DNA from: Mobula hypostoma | Lineage: Eukaryota | Length of the DNA: 64,000 nt | Assembly: GCF_963921235.1 (NCBI RefSeq) | Contig: NC_086097.1 | Location: forward strand, 59,894,001 to 59,958,000 | Reading direction: 5' to 3' | Part shown: one piece after another, positions 48,865-63,178 of the stretch | Layout of the letters: each line of letters starts with the position of its first letter | How positions within the stretch are numbered: the first letter of the stretch is position 1 | Made by a program: the position numbers and the translations under genes | The notes under the pieces: generated by a model | Told to the model about the DNA's origin: nothing | The model's database searches: none | What the model saw: the letters and a program-made list of their open reading frames with translations, nothing else

Positions 48865-50525
48865 AACAGATGACATCATTTTTTAATCAGTGGCGTGATA
48901 TTCACTGTATTCCAGTCTGCCAGAATCCACCCAGAGTGCAGAATAATTTGGTAAATTCTCACAAATGTGTCAACTATATCTTCCGCCATTTCTTTCAGTA
49001 CTCTGGTATACATCCTTTCAGGATGAGGGAACTTTTCTTCCTTTAGGCTCACTGGTTTGCTCATCACTACCTCTTTAGTGAGCAATTGTATTGAGGTCCT
49101 CTCATCCACTTTGCATTCATAACATCTCTCTTTGGCACATTAGTTGGGTTCTCCACCATGAAGACTGGCACCAAATAGTCATTCAAGGGCTCAGCAATTT
49201 CCAATATTATCTCCCCTTTCTTATCTTCCAAGGGACCTACATTACTTTAGCTGTCCTTTACAAATTTTTAAATTATAAAAAGAACTTTTACAATCTGTTT
49301 TTATATATTGCACTAATTTACTTGCATAATCTATCCTCCTTTATTGCTTGCTTAGTAGTTCTTTGTTGCTTTTTAAAATTATCCTTATCTTCCAGATTCT
49401 CATAACTCTCAGTAAATTTGTATACATGAGCTTTTAATTTGATGCTTTCTTTTATTTCCTTACTGTTTTTCTGTTGAGCATTGTTAAAAAATTCTTCAAA
49501 TGTCTTCTAATGTTCCTCAATCAATCCACCATATAGTCTATGTTTCCAGTCCGCACTAGCTAGCTCCTCCCTCATCCCATTACAGTCTCCCTTGCTGAGG
49601 CACAATACACTGACGTTAGATCGAACTACTACACCCTCCACTTGTATGAAAAATTCAATCATACACGATGATCACTTTTTCTAAGAGGATCTCTAAATAT
49701 AATACCATTAATTTTGCCTGTCTCCTTGCACAGGACGACATTTTCTCTTGTACCTAAGATAGCATTTTCCCTTTTAGGTTCACTCACATGCTGTTCATGG
49801 ATGCACGCTACGAAGTCCTCCGCAAGACCCCCTCAACTAACCCCAGTCTCTGTGCAAGTTATAGTCCCCAACTATCTCTCCATTCTTACATCATTGGATT
49901 TTACTTGGTTTATTGCTTGTGCCTCTGCAGTGTTATTATTCAGTTGCCTATTGACACTCCCACCAGTGATTGTTTCTCTTGAATATTACTAATCTATCTC
50001 CAGAGTGACTCAAGTTCTGTTCCTACATCATCTCTCACTATCGACCTGATTTCATCCATAATTAACAGTGCTACTCCAGCTCCCTTTTCTTCCTTATTAG
50101 CAAATATGCTTGGATATTTAATTCCCAATCATCTCCACCTTGAAACCACATTTCTGTAATGACCACTAAATCATACCCCTTTGTATTGATTTGTGTCGTA
50201 AGCTCACTGACCTTGTTTCAATACTATGGGTATTCAGATAAAATTAATTTACACTAATTGTCCTTTTGGAATCTAGTAAGCTTTGTTCCCTTCACATTTT
50301 TGGAGGGAGGTGGCCACAGGGATCTCCTGTATTACCTTCCTGCTGCTCTGCCTGTGGGTCACCCATTCCCAGTCTTTCCCTCAGCCCTTAAACCATGTAC
50401 GACCAACTTAGCAGATACGTTATCCGGAACATCCTCAGCATTACGGAAACTCCAAAGTGAATCAATGCATAACTCCAGGACCATCCTGTATTCTGTCAGG
50501 AGCTGCAGCTGGACCCACTGCTGGA
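48865..50525 (-). mobile_element. Heavily degraded CR1 (ORF1 and ORF2 remnants)
   Basis: KFPHPERMYTRVLKE...DWNTVNITPLIKK; ORF1-like VQLQLLT segment at ~50500. Confidence 0.7.
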
Positions 50526-52639
50526 TAGGGAAATACAGAACTATCAGCTCAGATCTATCTAATTATATAACATGATAGGTGAGGTTGCCCGAGAATAGCT
50601 GATGTCCAACTCCTTCCATTTAATAATTGTGTAATGCTGATGTGGTTGAACATACTGGCCAAGGATCTCATTTTGGTTATGCAGCTTTCCATCATAATTT
50701 CACAGGGGAAGTTGTGGAAAGTGTGTTTACATGCCTAAAGCAGCAGCAATAACATTTCCCTCTATTTACAATGCTCAAAATTCCTTTGGAATGCTTATCA
50801 ACCCTTCTCAAGTATGGATTAATCCACTGACTTTGCTGTAATAGTCAGCATGCCAGAGTATCAGATGCTAATTGCAGGCTATTACACGCATTTAATATAC
50901 ACTACTCTTATTATGAACTAAGCCACCTGAAATATATCAAGTGTGTAAAAATATTATTTATGGCAGTGGCTGCCAATTTGTGTGGGATTTTAATACTTTA
51001 ATACATTTTCATTTCTGCATACTCTAATGGAATTATTACCGCTCTCCCATTTCTAAGAGTTCTTCATGAAAGTGTTGAACACCTTTAATCCAAGGGAAGT
51101 GCGAGCCAGAGCAAAAAAAATGTATGTGACTCAATAGCAATCATACCTAAAATGGAAATTCAGAAAGCAAGATAAAATTCCATGCTGCTGTAGTTGGAGT
51201 TGTTTTAATGAGACCATGTAGACTTGCTTTGATCTACAGAAGATAGAGTCTCACTTGACCTGATAATTTTGCTGAGTCTGACCCTCAGGTGCAAGAAGCT
51301 GATGTTGTAGCAATGAAATGGAAATTGTTCCCACTTGCAGTACTATCCACATTTACTAGGTTGAGCTCAAAAAGTCGTAAATGCATTGCAGATGGAATAA
51401 CCTGCAACTTTTTGAACTCGCTCCACCATTTCTTATTTCCTTTCCTCTGTTTCTCTTTTAAAATCAAAAACCCCCATTGGGATAGGATTCTCTTGGCAAT
51501 AGTTCTTTCCAATAGTTTTTTTCCCTGACGTCTTATGGGGAACATTGAACAGGTAGGGGTTATGCCCTTGGAGGTGTATAGAACGAATACTAGAAGTTTA
51601 AAAGGCTCATAATGAAATATGCTGTGTAATATTCTGAAGTGGTTTGACAGGGTAGGTCGGGAAAGGAGTTTTTGGTCTACTTGGAATTTAAGGGCTATGG
51701 TAAATAGGCAGGCATATGGGGTCAAGGTCAAGTTCAATCAGCCATGATTTTATTGAGTGGTGGAGGTGGCTGGAAAGTAACTCTGTTACTGTCTGCTCTT
51801 ATTTCTCATGCTCTTAAATGCAGGTTGCTTATGAATGTGAACATGACAGTACAACATACTCCTTAAACCTCCATATAAAATTTATATCTACATGGTTAGC
51901 ATTAACTTCAAACACCAACAATGTTCTTTCTTTTTGTATAGATGAGTGTCTAACATATGCAGAAACCAAAGTGTTAGGAATTTCTCCCAGGTAGTGAATC
52001 AGCTTGCCAATGTAGAGCCCATCCTTTCCCTCAAGAGACAAAGCTAGCTTACAGAAACCTTAACCACAGAAACAAGGGATGTTGCAGGAATTAAACAAAC
52101 TAAAGTCATGCAGCTTATCAGAACAGAGAATGGGAAAGACTCCTAAATTTTGTCCAATCCAAAATTTTATTTCTAACATATGATGGTCTGGCCATACCTA
52201 ATGATAAATAAGATTTTGGTCCATCAAACGTCAGCAAACATAGATATATATAACCAGACACTTTGTTCTGATTGAACAGATACTCATTCATCCCTGGATT
52301 GAAAGTGGTTAGGATAACATTCTTTAAGACACTTACTTAAATTGATAATGACATGGTAGAATTTAACATAAAGCTTGAAAATAATTAATTTCAATCCAAA
52401 CCCTGAGTCCTAAGTCCAAACAAAATACGTCATACAGATACGAGACATAAGTGGGTGATAAGGGAAAATGTCAAGTTGCTTGTGAATGGTAAAAGTGTGG
52501 CTGTTGATGGGGAATATTTAAACCTTCAAAAGTTAATACATTGTTCACAACAATATATATCTGTTTAAGGCACAAAAAAACAACTTGGGAAACATTCCCA
52601 CTGAAGTTAATTTCGGTGTATTAAAGCAAAGGAAAAGGC

Positions 52640-53255
52640 TAATAATATAGCAACAGGACAGGGGACTGGGATACTTTCAGATTTCAACAAAGAAGAACTA
52701 AGACCAAATGATTTATATCGGTCATTATGGAAAACACAGTACTCCTCCCAGAAGTTGAGCAAATGGTCAATAAAATCTGACATATTTGTTATTTATTTTC
52801 AGGGTGTAACGAACAGAACAGTTCAGAAGCATCCTGGATATGGTATACTTTGATTTTCAGAAAGCATTCAATAAGTTACCACATATAAACAAAATTAGCA
52901 GGTATGGGATTATGATAATATAATGGTGAAATGACAGAGGACAAAGGAGAAATAAGCAGATCATTTTCAGGCTAAATGACATCAAATTGGGCAACATCAC
53001 GGAGGTCAGTTTTGGGCCCCCCGCCCTGTTTTTCATATTCTAAATCAAAGATAAGTGGACAAATTGCAATGTTCCTGTTTTCCTGTGATGCAACAAAGTG
53101 ATTTGTGAGGAAAAGTGCTGAATTTCAGGAAGATTGAGCAAGCTGTGAATTGGCAAGGACATAGAAGATGGAATATGATGGACAAAATAAGTGTTGATTC
53201 TCTTTGGCACATAAAATAGGAAAATACAGCATTTTTAAATATTGAGAGATTGGGT
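52640..53255 (+). mobile_element. Heavily degraded CR1 RT remnant
   Basis: DMVYFDFQKAFNKLPH at ~52835-52885. Confidence 0.65.
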
Positions 53256-53264
53256 GTACAAAAT

Positions 53265-55170
53265 TTTGAAGTAAATTTATTATCAAAATACATACGCATC
53301 ACCATGTACAACCTTGAGATTCTTTTTCTTGTGTGTAACTGTAAGAAACAATAGAATTAATGAAAGGTTGCACCCTACAGGATGGACAAACAACTGATGT
53401 GCAAAAGACAACCAACTGTACAAACAAACAAACAAACAAACAAACAAACAAACAAATAAATAAATAAATAAATACACAATAAATATCAAGAACATCAAGA
53501 GTGCTTGAAAGTGAGTCCATAGGTTGCGGATACAGTTCAGTGACAGTGTGAGTTAAGTTATCCCCTCTGATTCAAGAGCCTGATGGTTGAGGCATAATAA
53601 CTGTTCCTGAACCTGATGATGTGGGTCCTATACATTCTTCCTGATGCAGCAGTGAGAAGAGTGCATGGGGCCTGGATGGTGCTAGTGGGGGCGGGTGGGG
53701 GATGTCCTTGATGATGGATGCTACTTGCCTGCAACAGCGCTCTGTATAGATGTGTTCAATGCTGGGGAGGGCTTTACCCTTGCAGCTCGAACCACATCAT
53801 CAAGTTTGCCGATGACACGACTGTGGTGGGTCTCATCAGTAAGAACGATGAGTCAGCATACAGAGAGGAGGTGCAGCGGCTAAAGGACGGGTGCAGAGCC
53901 AACAACCCGTCTCTGAATGTGAACAAAACAAAAGAGATTGTTGTTGACTTCAGGAGGACATGGAGCGATCACTCTCTGCTGAACATCGGTGACTCCTCCG
54001 TAGAGATTGTTAAGAGCACCAAATTTCTTTGTGTTCACCTGGTGGAGAATCTCACCAGTTTTGTGTCCCTCAACACCAGCTCCATAGTAAAGAAAACCCA
54101 GCAGCATCTCTACTTTCTGCGAAGGCTGAAAAAAGTCCATCTCCCACCCGCCATCTCACCACATTCTACAGAGGTTGTATTGAGAGCATCCTGATCAGCT
54201 GCATCACTGCCTGGTTTGGAAATTGCACCATCTCGGATTGCAAGACCCTGCAGTGGATGGTGAGGTCAGCTGAGAACATCATCGGGGTTTCTCTTCACAA
54301 CATTAGGGATATTTACACCACACGCTGCATTTGTAAAGCAAACAGCATCATGAAGGACCCCATGCAGCCCTCATACAAACCCTTCTCCCTCCTGCCATCT
54401 GGCAAAAGGCACCGAAGTATTCGGACTCTCACGACCAGACTATGTAACAGTTTCTTCCCCAAAGTCATCAGACTCCTCAATACCCAGAGCCTGGATACCT
54501 GACACCAACCTACTGCCCTCTACTGTGCATATTCTCTTGTTTATTATTTATTGTAATGCCTGCACTGTTTTGTGCACTTTATGCAGTTGGTCTAGTGTAG
54601 TTTTGTGTTGTTTTTCACATAGTTCAGTGTAGTTTTTGTATTGTTCATGTAGCACCATGTTCCTGAAAAATGTTATTTCGTTTTTACTGTGTACTGTACC
54701 AGCAGTTATGGTCAAAATGACAATAAAAAGTGACTTGACTTGACTGGGCTGTATCCATTACTTTATGTAGGTTTCTCCATTCAAAACATTGGTGTTTCCA
54801 TACTAGGCCATTATGCAACCACTTATTTATCGTGTTTGTCAAAATTTTAGATGACATGCTGAAACTTGGCAAACATTGAAGAAAGTAAAGGTACTTGCTG
54901 TGCTTTCTTCATAATGGCACCTACATGCTGGATGCAAGACTAGCCTCTCCACCTCTGATCCTCCAAAGAGGACTGGCTCCTGGATCTCTGGTTTCTTCCT
55001 AATGAACTCAATAATCAGCTCCTAGGTGTTACTGACGTTGAGGGATATGTTGTTGTCGTGGTACCACTTAGCCAAATTTTCATTCTCCCTAGTATATGCT
55101 GATTTGTCCCCACCTTTGATTCAGCCAAAAACAGTGGTGTCATCAGCAAACTTAAATATGACATTGGAGC
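53265..55170 (-). mobile_element. Rex1-type LINE fragment interrupted by another Rex1 copy
   Basis: Tail at 53265; FKFADDTTV at ~55130-55155; contains an (AAAC)n(AAAT)n microsatellite at 53420-53473. Confidence 0.8.
53781..54744 (+). mobile_element. Rex1/Babar 3' fragment nested antisense in an older Rex1
   Basis: SSNHIIKFADDTTVVGLIS, KTKEIVVDFRR; (tgact)n tail. Confidence 0.9.
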
Positions 55171-57131
55171 TGGTCAGTGGGCCTTGCATTTCCTTGTACA
55201 GAAATCAGCAAATATTATTATTGAAGTTAAATAGGGCCCTGGTGAAATCAACAACTGATAATTTTGTACATGTTTGGTCTACCTACCTAGGGAAGGATGA
55301 AATTGAAAAGAAGAAGTAGATTGAATGTTCAGCCGGCTGAATCCTAGATCAAGATGGGGGCGGTGGTGCTTAAATAGACTGGGCCTACCTTTTTGAGTTT
55401 AAGAGAATGAGAGATGATCTTTAGAAATATACAAAATTCTTACACGGCTTAACAGGATAGATGCCAAGATGTTGATCCTGTGACTGGGGTTTGGATTACT
55501 CGTGCTTTCAGTTTGTTCTTATGCTTTGACTGACACAGAGGATTAATTCACTTAGCTCTTGGAGAATTATATATTAAAGATATGGATGTTCGATGCTTCT
55601 AGACAAAATGGGAACTCGTTAGCCGTGACAATGACAATCATCATAGCTCATAGTTTTCCAGCTGACACCTAAAATATTGGGAGAGACAGTCCAAGGCGTA
55701 ATAAATAGGCAGAATGCTCTGATTTTCTGCTCTGCTTCTGACTACAATTTATACTGAAATTTGCATTTCACACAATAAAACAGAAAATTTTTGCTCTATT
55801 TTCAGTACTTTTAGTGCTTCTAATACACACTTGATCTTCAATAATGCATCTATCATTTAGGATTCCTGATGTGTTTTTATTGCTTTTACTTTTATGAAAA
55901 TGATGAAAAAAGACAACATAAATTATTTAATATAAAGTCAAAGTACAAAGTAAATTTATTATCAAGGTACATACAGTAGATCTTACTATATACTATCTTC
56001 AGATTAGCGTTTACAGAAATACAATAGTACTTATGAAAACAATACATGAATAGACAAAGACTGACGAACAACCAATGTTCAAAAGACAATCCGTACAAAT
56101 AAAATAATACGAAGAACGTGGGTTGTAAAGACTCCTTGAAAGTGAGTCTGAGGTGTTAGAATTAGTTCAGAGTAGTGGTTATTGAAGTTATCCATGTTGT
56201 TCAGGAGCCTGATGGCTTGTGTGGTGATAACAACTCGCGAATGCATTGGCGTGGGAGCTATGATCTCTGTAGTTCCTGCCTGATGGTGGTAGTGAGATGC
56301 TGGATGTCTTTGATGATGGATGCTGCTTTCTTGTAGCAGCACTTGCTGTAAATGCACTCAGAGGTGGGGAGGGCTTTGCTTGCGATGGACTGTGCTGTAT
56401 CCAACACTTTCTGCAGCCTTTTCCATTCCTGGACATTGATGCTTCCATACCAGGCGCATAATGAAATGACTCAGGATATTCACCACTGTGCACCTATGGA
56501 AATTTGTCAGTGCCTTTGGTGACATGCTGAATCTATACAAACATCTAAGAAAGTAGGGCAATGTCATGTCTTATTTATAATGCTATTTATGTGCTGGTCC
56601 CAGGACAGATCCTCTCACATGTTAATGCCAAGGAATTTAAAGCTACTGACCCTGTGCTTTTCTGATCTCCAGATGTGGCTTGGTTCATGGACTTCCAGCT
56701 TCTTTCTCATAAGGTTGGTTTGCAGGGCGGTTATGTTGCAACTGTACAGGGTACTGGTGAGGCCGTACCTGGAATATTGTATGCAGTTCTATCTCCTGAC
56801 TTGAGGAAGGATATACTGGCTTTGGAGACGGAGCAGAGGAGGTTCACCAAGTCGGTTCCAGAGATGAGGGGGGGTAGACTATGAGGAGAGATTGAGTCAC
56901 CTGGGAATGTACTCGCTAGAATTCAGAAGAATGCGAGGAGATCTTATAGAAATATATAAAATTATGAAAGGGGTAGATAAGATAGAGGTAGGAACATTGT
57001 TTCCACTTGTAGGTGAGACTAGAACCAGATGACTTAGCGTCAAGATTCAGCCAGCAACAGCAGTGTTGTCAACAAACTTAAATCCGGCATTGGTGCTGTA
57101 CTTAGCCACACAATACATAGTCATGGGTATC

Positions 57132-57552
57132 GTTATCGTCGTGGCTATCCCTCGAGGTCGATGATGATGGACTTCATTCTGAAGAAGTGGCCCACAGAGT
57201 GAAGACGCCTGTGCGTGTATTTGTTTAACGTGTACTTGATGTTGCACTCCAAGAAGCACACGATACTTCACAAATCAACCAACTGATTCCAATGGCATGG
57301 AAACCACGATGATTGGAGCTGATGGATTTGTTGCAGCCTTCATCCGCCTTCACAGCCGTTGAGTTCGAAGTAACTTTGTCCGCCTGTTCCACTGTTGAGG
57401 TCTTGGTTGGGTTGTTCTTCGTCAGGGACCTCACCCTCGACCTTACCGCCATGGGTGACCTTACCAGGAGCATAACTCCAGACGGCATCGCTCTCAGGAT
57501 CTCAGGACCACACAAGCTTCTCCACCACGACAAGGTGACAATCCACGGAGAA
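57132..57552 (-). mobile_element. Short non-autonomous RTE-related element, copy 2
   Basis: Highly similar over its full length to 28129-28551; TSD gtcatgggtatc / gtcataggtatc (57120-57131 / 57562-57573). Confidence 0.88.
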
Positions 57553-57614
57553 TTCATGGGTGTCATAGGTATCATGTATGCACCTTCATTGTCCAGAGCT
57601 GAGTGAAGAGCATC

Positions 57615-58084
57615 TGTTGTTGACTTGTTGTGATGGTAGGCAAATCTGAGTGGATCCTGGTTTCTCCTCAGGCAGGAGTAGATATGCTTTATAACCAACC
57701 TCTCAAAGTGCTTCATCTCAATGGATGTAAGTGCTACTAGATGATAGTTATTGAAGGAAGTTACCACATTCTTCTCAGGCATTGGAAGGATTAATGCCTG
57801 CTTAAAGCAGATGTGTATCTCAGACTGTTGAAGTGAGAAATCGGGTATATGTTGTTGACTTGTTGTGATGGTAGGCAAATCTGAGTGGATCCTGGTTTCT
57901 CCTCAGGCAGGAGTAGATATGCTTTATAACCAACCTCTCAAAGTGCTTCATCTCAATGGATGTAAGTGCTACTAGAAGATAGTTATTGAAGGAAGTTACC
58001 ACATTCTTCTCAGGCATTGGAAGGATTAATGCCTGCTTAAAGCAGATGTGTATCTCAGACTGTTGAAGTGAGAAATCGGGTATA
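57615..58084. repeat. 235-bp near-perfect tandem duplication
   Basis: Units start at 57615 and 57850; one difference seen (tagatgatag / tagaagatag). Confidence 0.95.
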
Positions 58085-60844
58085 AATGCAAGCTCAGTAG
58101 ATAATGTAAAGAGATATGGACAAGCAAAAAGATGAAAGCTGGCAGTTGTTGCGTAATGTGCTAAAATGTAAGCTTATTCATTCCAGAAGAAGAATAATGA
58201 AACAGATTTCTTCAAAATGATAGAAACTATTGAATGTTGCGGTATGGAAAGATCTTGGTTGACTGGTTAATGAGATAGAAGATTTTAATGTACATGTACA
58301 TCAGCACTTCTCCTTAGGAAGTACCTCAGGATTGAGATCAGATTGCTTCCACTCTAATTTTGTTATGAGTTCTGAGATAGCTAATGAAGCTAATATGGAA
58401 ACCACAGTGTCCGATACAAATGGAGGAAAGTAGTACAACACCCTAAATTGGAAAGGAGTTAATGTTGTCCTGTTCTTGCTATGTGCAGACATAGACTGTT
58501 TTATTTGCTCAGGAAGCATGATTGGTGTTAAATATTGTGAAATCCTTAAGGAACATCGCCGTTCCTGACTAATCCTGACCAATTTAAAAATGGAAGATGA
58601 ATTTGCCCGTGGCTGCCTTGATAAAAGTGATGGACCACACAGTCCTCATAGAGATAAAGTTGCATCTTTATACTGCGGCCACCACTCATTGTGTTGTATG
58701 GCATTACTCAGGGAATTACTCAGAATAGATCCAGCAGCAAAGCTAGGTCTGCATGAGGAGGCACGGACTATCATCATCAGCAGAAGAAAAGTTCACAACC
58801 ACAATCTGTAACCTCAGAGCTTGCCCTATCCTTCAGTCATTTTTAATTAACATTCAAGGCAGGGGTCACCCTGGTTCAGTGAAGAGTGCCGAAGGGCATT
58901 CTGGAAGTGTGGCTAAGAATGTGACACAATACTGCACTATATGAATGCTAAACAACTAAAACATGTAATAGATCTTACAGCTGATGGATCGAATTGAAGC
59001 TCTGTAGTGATGAGGTGAGTGAAATGATTTCTCTTGACATCAAGACCCCCACCAAGTGTCATCATTAACAGAAGCTCATCTAGGCTATCGCATAAATACT
59101 GTAGCTACTGGAATAGGTCAGAAGATGGGTATGTTGTGGCAAATGATTCACTACCTGACAACTCTCAGCACAAGCCAAGTATGTGATGGACCGAATACTC
59201 TCCACTTGATCAAGTAAACGGGTCTACAACAACAGTCAATACCATTCAAGATAAAGAAGCCTACTTGATTCAGATAGTATACATTGATAATAAATATACT
59301 TTGAACATTGAACTTTGAAGCAATATGTAAGAACATTATCACTAATTCACAATGGCTTCAGAATCTACTGTATAGTTTCATTGTTCTGGGAGCTTTTTGG
59401 CCAGCAGTATTGTGAAGCCTTCATCCCAACAAGCACAGTGGTTCAATGAGGAGTTTAGCATTACCTTAACAGGAGCAAGCTGGAATGGACAACAAAAGTT
59501 GACTTTGTAACCATTGTCCAAATCCTGAAATATGAATAGAGAGAAAAGTATGGATAAAGAATGGAAATTAAAGGAGATGACTTCAATGTTACATCAAGCA
59601 TATTTCTGAAAATGAGGGGGAAGACTGAGACAAAAAGTTCAAAATAAAGTTTAAGGTTTTAAAAGAAGTGGCATTCCATACAAGTATTTTAGCTTTCAGT
59701 GCTGAAGAGGTTAAATAATAGCCATTAACATTTCCCACATTCTGAAAAGTGAGCCAGTGCCTGTGATGATGAGGTTTTTCACTGAGTTGAGTTAATTGGG
59801 TAATTTACTGTATAGGAACATTCAACAAATTCATAAACATAGGAATGGGAGCCAAAATGGTGCTGTTATGAAATTGGCAATACAGACGAAGAATTCTGAA
59901 GACTCATATTTAACTCCTCATCTATTTCCCTCCTGTGCCAATAACCCATAAATAAGTGTGTGTCATTAGCTTTGCTGTCGTTTTGACTGCACGTTCTGAG
60001 CAGAAAGTCATTGACAGCAAATCAAACAAAATACAGCAAGTCAACAAGTCAAGAAGTCAATTTGATAGTACTGCCACTATCTCCCAATATATTTCTAATT
60101 TAGCTATTAAAATGTTTTGCAATATGTAATTGGAAACAAGTTATGATATGTTTCTTAAACAGCTATCAGAAAGAAGGGCCACTCAATCAGCACTGCACTT
60201 TTGTGTATATAGTTTACATAATTAGTATTTTTTTAAAAGGACACCCCAAGCTGAATATCCAAGATGGTTGAAGTTTGCAATCCAGTCTGTGTTCAATCTG
60301 CTCTTAGTTCAGCAATATATGGAGACAATCTACTTCTTAGATACTATATATAATCCATGTTTTTTTTGTGTTGAAAGATCAATGGTTAACATTTCTCTGC
60401 CAGGCGGTTTTAATGTCGATATTCTGTCATATGTTACACATCACAGCAATTTAAAATGAGAGCTATCATCAACCACAAAGGTGAATGAGATTTCCTACAA
60501 TTATACTGGAAGATACAATCAATCTCAACCAGGCTGCCTAATTTACTGTGGGGTGGGAGACTTTTCATTTCCCAAAAAAATTAATAGCTCATCATTTCTC
60601 ATTTCTTGGAGGTGCTTGATAGTTTTACTGTTATGGGGAAATCTCTGGGTTAACATTACGTTTTGATAAGATGTATGCTAAGTAAGTTCTTAACCTCTAA
60701 CAAGTCTATTCCAGCATATACAGGCTTTCTCACGTGAAACAAAAGGACTTTAAACAAGCCACATGTAGTTTGTTTTGAGGTCTTGACAATATTTATTGAG
60801 AACTTTCCATATTCACTTTTGTAAACCTGACAGCAATTAATCAA

Positions 60845-61018
60845 GTTGTCTTTTGCACATTGGTTGTTTCTCAGTCTTTGTGTATATTTTTTTTCATCAA
60901 TTCTACTGTATTTCTTTATTTTCCTGTAAATGCGTGTAAGAAAATAAATCTCATGGTAGTATATGGTAACGAATATATATTTTGATAATAAGTTTTACCT
61001 TGACTTTACTTTGACTTT
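60845..61018 (+). mobile_element. Rex1-type 3'UTR/tail fragment
   Basis: ttgcacattggttg...ttgataataa...(tgacttt)n. Confidence 0.65.
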
Positions 61019-62066
61019 ATAGACAATAGATAATAGACAATAGGTGCAGGAGTAGGCCATTCGGCCCTTCAAGCTAGCACCATTATTCACTGTGATCATG
61101 ACTGATCATCCACAATCAGTACCCTGTTCCTGCCTTCTCACCATATCCCTTGACTCCACTATCTTTAAGAGCTCTATCTAACTCTTTCTTGAAAGCATCC
61201 AGAGAATTGGCCTTCACTGCTTTCTGAGGCAGAGCATTCCACAGATCCACAACTCTCTGGGTGAAAAAGTTTTTCCTCAACTCCGTTCTAAATGGCCTAC
61301 CCCTTATTCTTAAACTATGGCCTCTGGCTCTGGACTCCCCCAACATCGGGAACATGTTTCCTGCCTCTAACGTGTCCAATCCCTTAATAATCTTATATGT
61401 TTCAATCAGATCCCCTCTCATCCTTCTAAATTCCAGTGTATACAAGCCCAGTTACCCCAATCTTTCAACATATGACAGTCCCACCATCCCGGGAATTAAC
61501 CTCGTGAACCTATGCTGCACTCCCTCAATAGCAAGAATGTCCTTCCTCAAATTTGGAGAACAAAACTGCACAAGATACTCCAGGTGTGGTCTCACCAGGG
61601 CCCTGTATAACTGCAGAAGGACCTCTTTGCTCCTACACTCAACTCCCCTTGTTATGAAGCCCAACATGCCATTAGCTTTCTTCACTGCCTGCTGTACCTG
61701 CATGCTTACTTTAATTGCCTGATGAACAAGGACACCAATATCCCGTTGTACTTCCCCTTTTCCTAACTTGACACCATTCAGATGGTAATCTGCCTTCCTG
61801 TTCTTGCCACCAAAGTGGACAACCTCACATTTATCCGCATTAAACTGTATCTGCCATGCATCTGCCCACTCACCCAACCTGTCCAAGTCACCCTGCATTC
61901 TCATAACATCCTCCTTACATTTCACACTGTCAACCAGCTTTGTGACATCTGCAAATTTGCTAATGTTACTTTTAATCCCTTCATCTAAATCATTAATGTA
62001 TATTGTAAATAGCTGCGGCCCCAACGCCAAGCATTGCGGTACCCTACTAGTCACTGCCTGCCATTC
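61019..62066 (-). mobile_element. 5'-truncated CR1 inserted in the Rex1 tail
   Basis: RT C-terminal half (KFADVTK, RPHLEY); (tctattg)n tail; probable TSD tgacttt (61012-61018 / 62067-62073). Confidence 0.93.
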
Positions 62067-63041
62067 TGACTTTGACATGACACAATCCTGAAAGGGATGA
62101 CAGCTTCAAATTACAATGATTGTTCATAGCAAATATCACTTATACCATACTTCTTATTCAACATTGATTTTTATTATAAAAAACAACATTTTCTGTATGA
62201 TGCATGCTGTGTTGAAAGTAGCCTTTGCAAGAGTATGTCAGCAATGCATTTTTAATCCTTTCCATTGAAGTTAGGGGAATAGAATATCAGATACGGTGGA
62301 AAATTAACAGCTAATTCATGAATTTTGTAACGTGGGAAAAATACACACTCAGGACAACCAATACACTTTTGGGTCTTTAATTCCTTTATCTGTTTCAGAT
62401 GTTTTAATTCAGAAAGAGGGTATCAAAATGAAAACAACAAAATGAATTTCAAAAAAACAGTTTTTGCTGTTACAATCTCAGCTTAATTTTAGTCCACACA
62501 CTTGTGTATCAACTAGTTACATATGCAGTATGAAAATAAATAAAATAAAATATATAAAACCAATACTGTAGTGGCAATTCTAAAAATATAAAATACAAAT
62601 GATATTAGAATCCCACCAACTCCGTACCATATACACAACATCAAAAATATGATTAAATACATCTCATCTTAACTAAGAGGTATACTCACTTACACACACA
62701 CATGCTTAACTTCCAAACACGTATAGGCTAGACCCTATAACGAATTCTCCTCGCTCACACTACGTGAATAGAGATAAACATATTCACATTACTCTGTTAC
62801 ATTCACATTCCATCATAAAACAATAAAGAAAAAACAAAAATAAACTTTTACGAAAAATTTTCAATATATTGCCTTGTAGTTAAATTACTAGAAAGACTAA
62901 CCTACTAGGCCAATAAGGAACTTTGCACAGCCACACTATCCAGCGCCAATACCTTACTCGTGAAAATCTAAAGCACCCACATGTAAAACATGTCAAATTA
63001 CCAATATTCTAGATTTACAAACAAATATAAATGAATTTATT

Positions 63042-63178
63042 CACAAACAAGAGAAAATCTGCAGATGCTAGAAATCCAAGCCACACACGCAAAATTTTAG
63101 AAGAACTCAACAGGCCAGGCAGCATCTATGGAAAAGAGTACAGTCGCCATTTTGGGCTGAGACCCTTCAGCAGAACTC
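63042..63178 (-). mobile_element. Penelope pseudo-LTR remnant, hammerhead degenerate
   Basis: Similar to 37504-37636 and 10029-10165. Confidence 0.8.

Larger units (their letters stand above)
55935..58084 (-). mobile_element. Degraded Rex1-type LINE with nested CR1 fragment (+, ~56712-57047) and SINE
   Basis: FKFVDNTAVAG, VALTSIEMKHFERLV, DPLRFAY; CR1 RPYLEYC piece. Confidence 0.8.

Noticed and set aside
51285..51737. 150-aa minus-strand ORF as a host exon
   Set aside because: No recognisable domain or convincing splice sites; its 5' part overlaps a decayed CR1-like tail.
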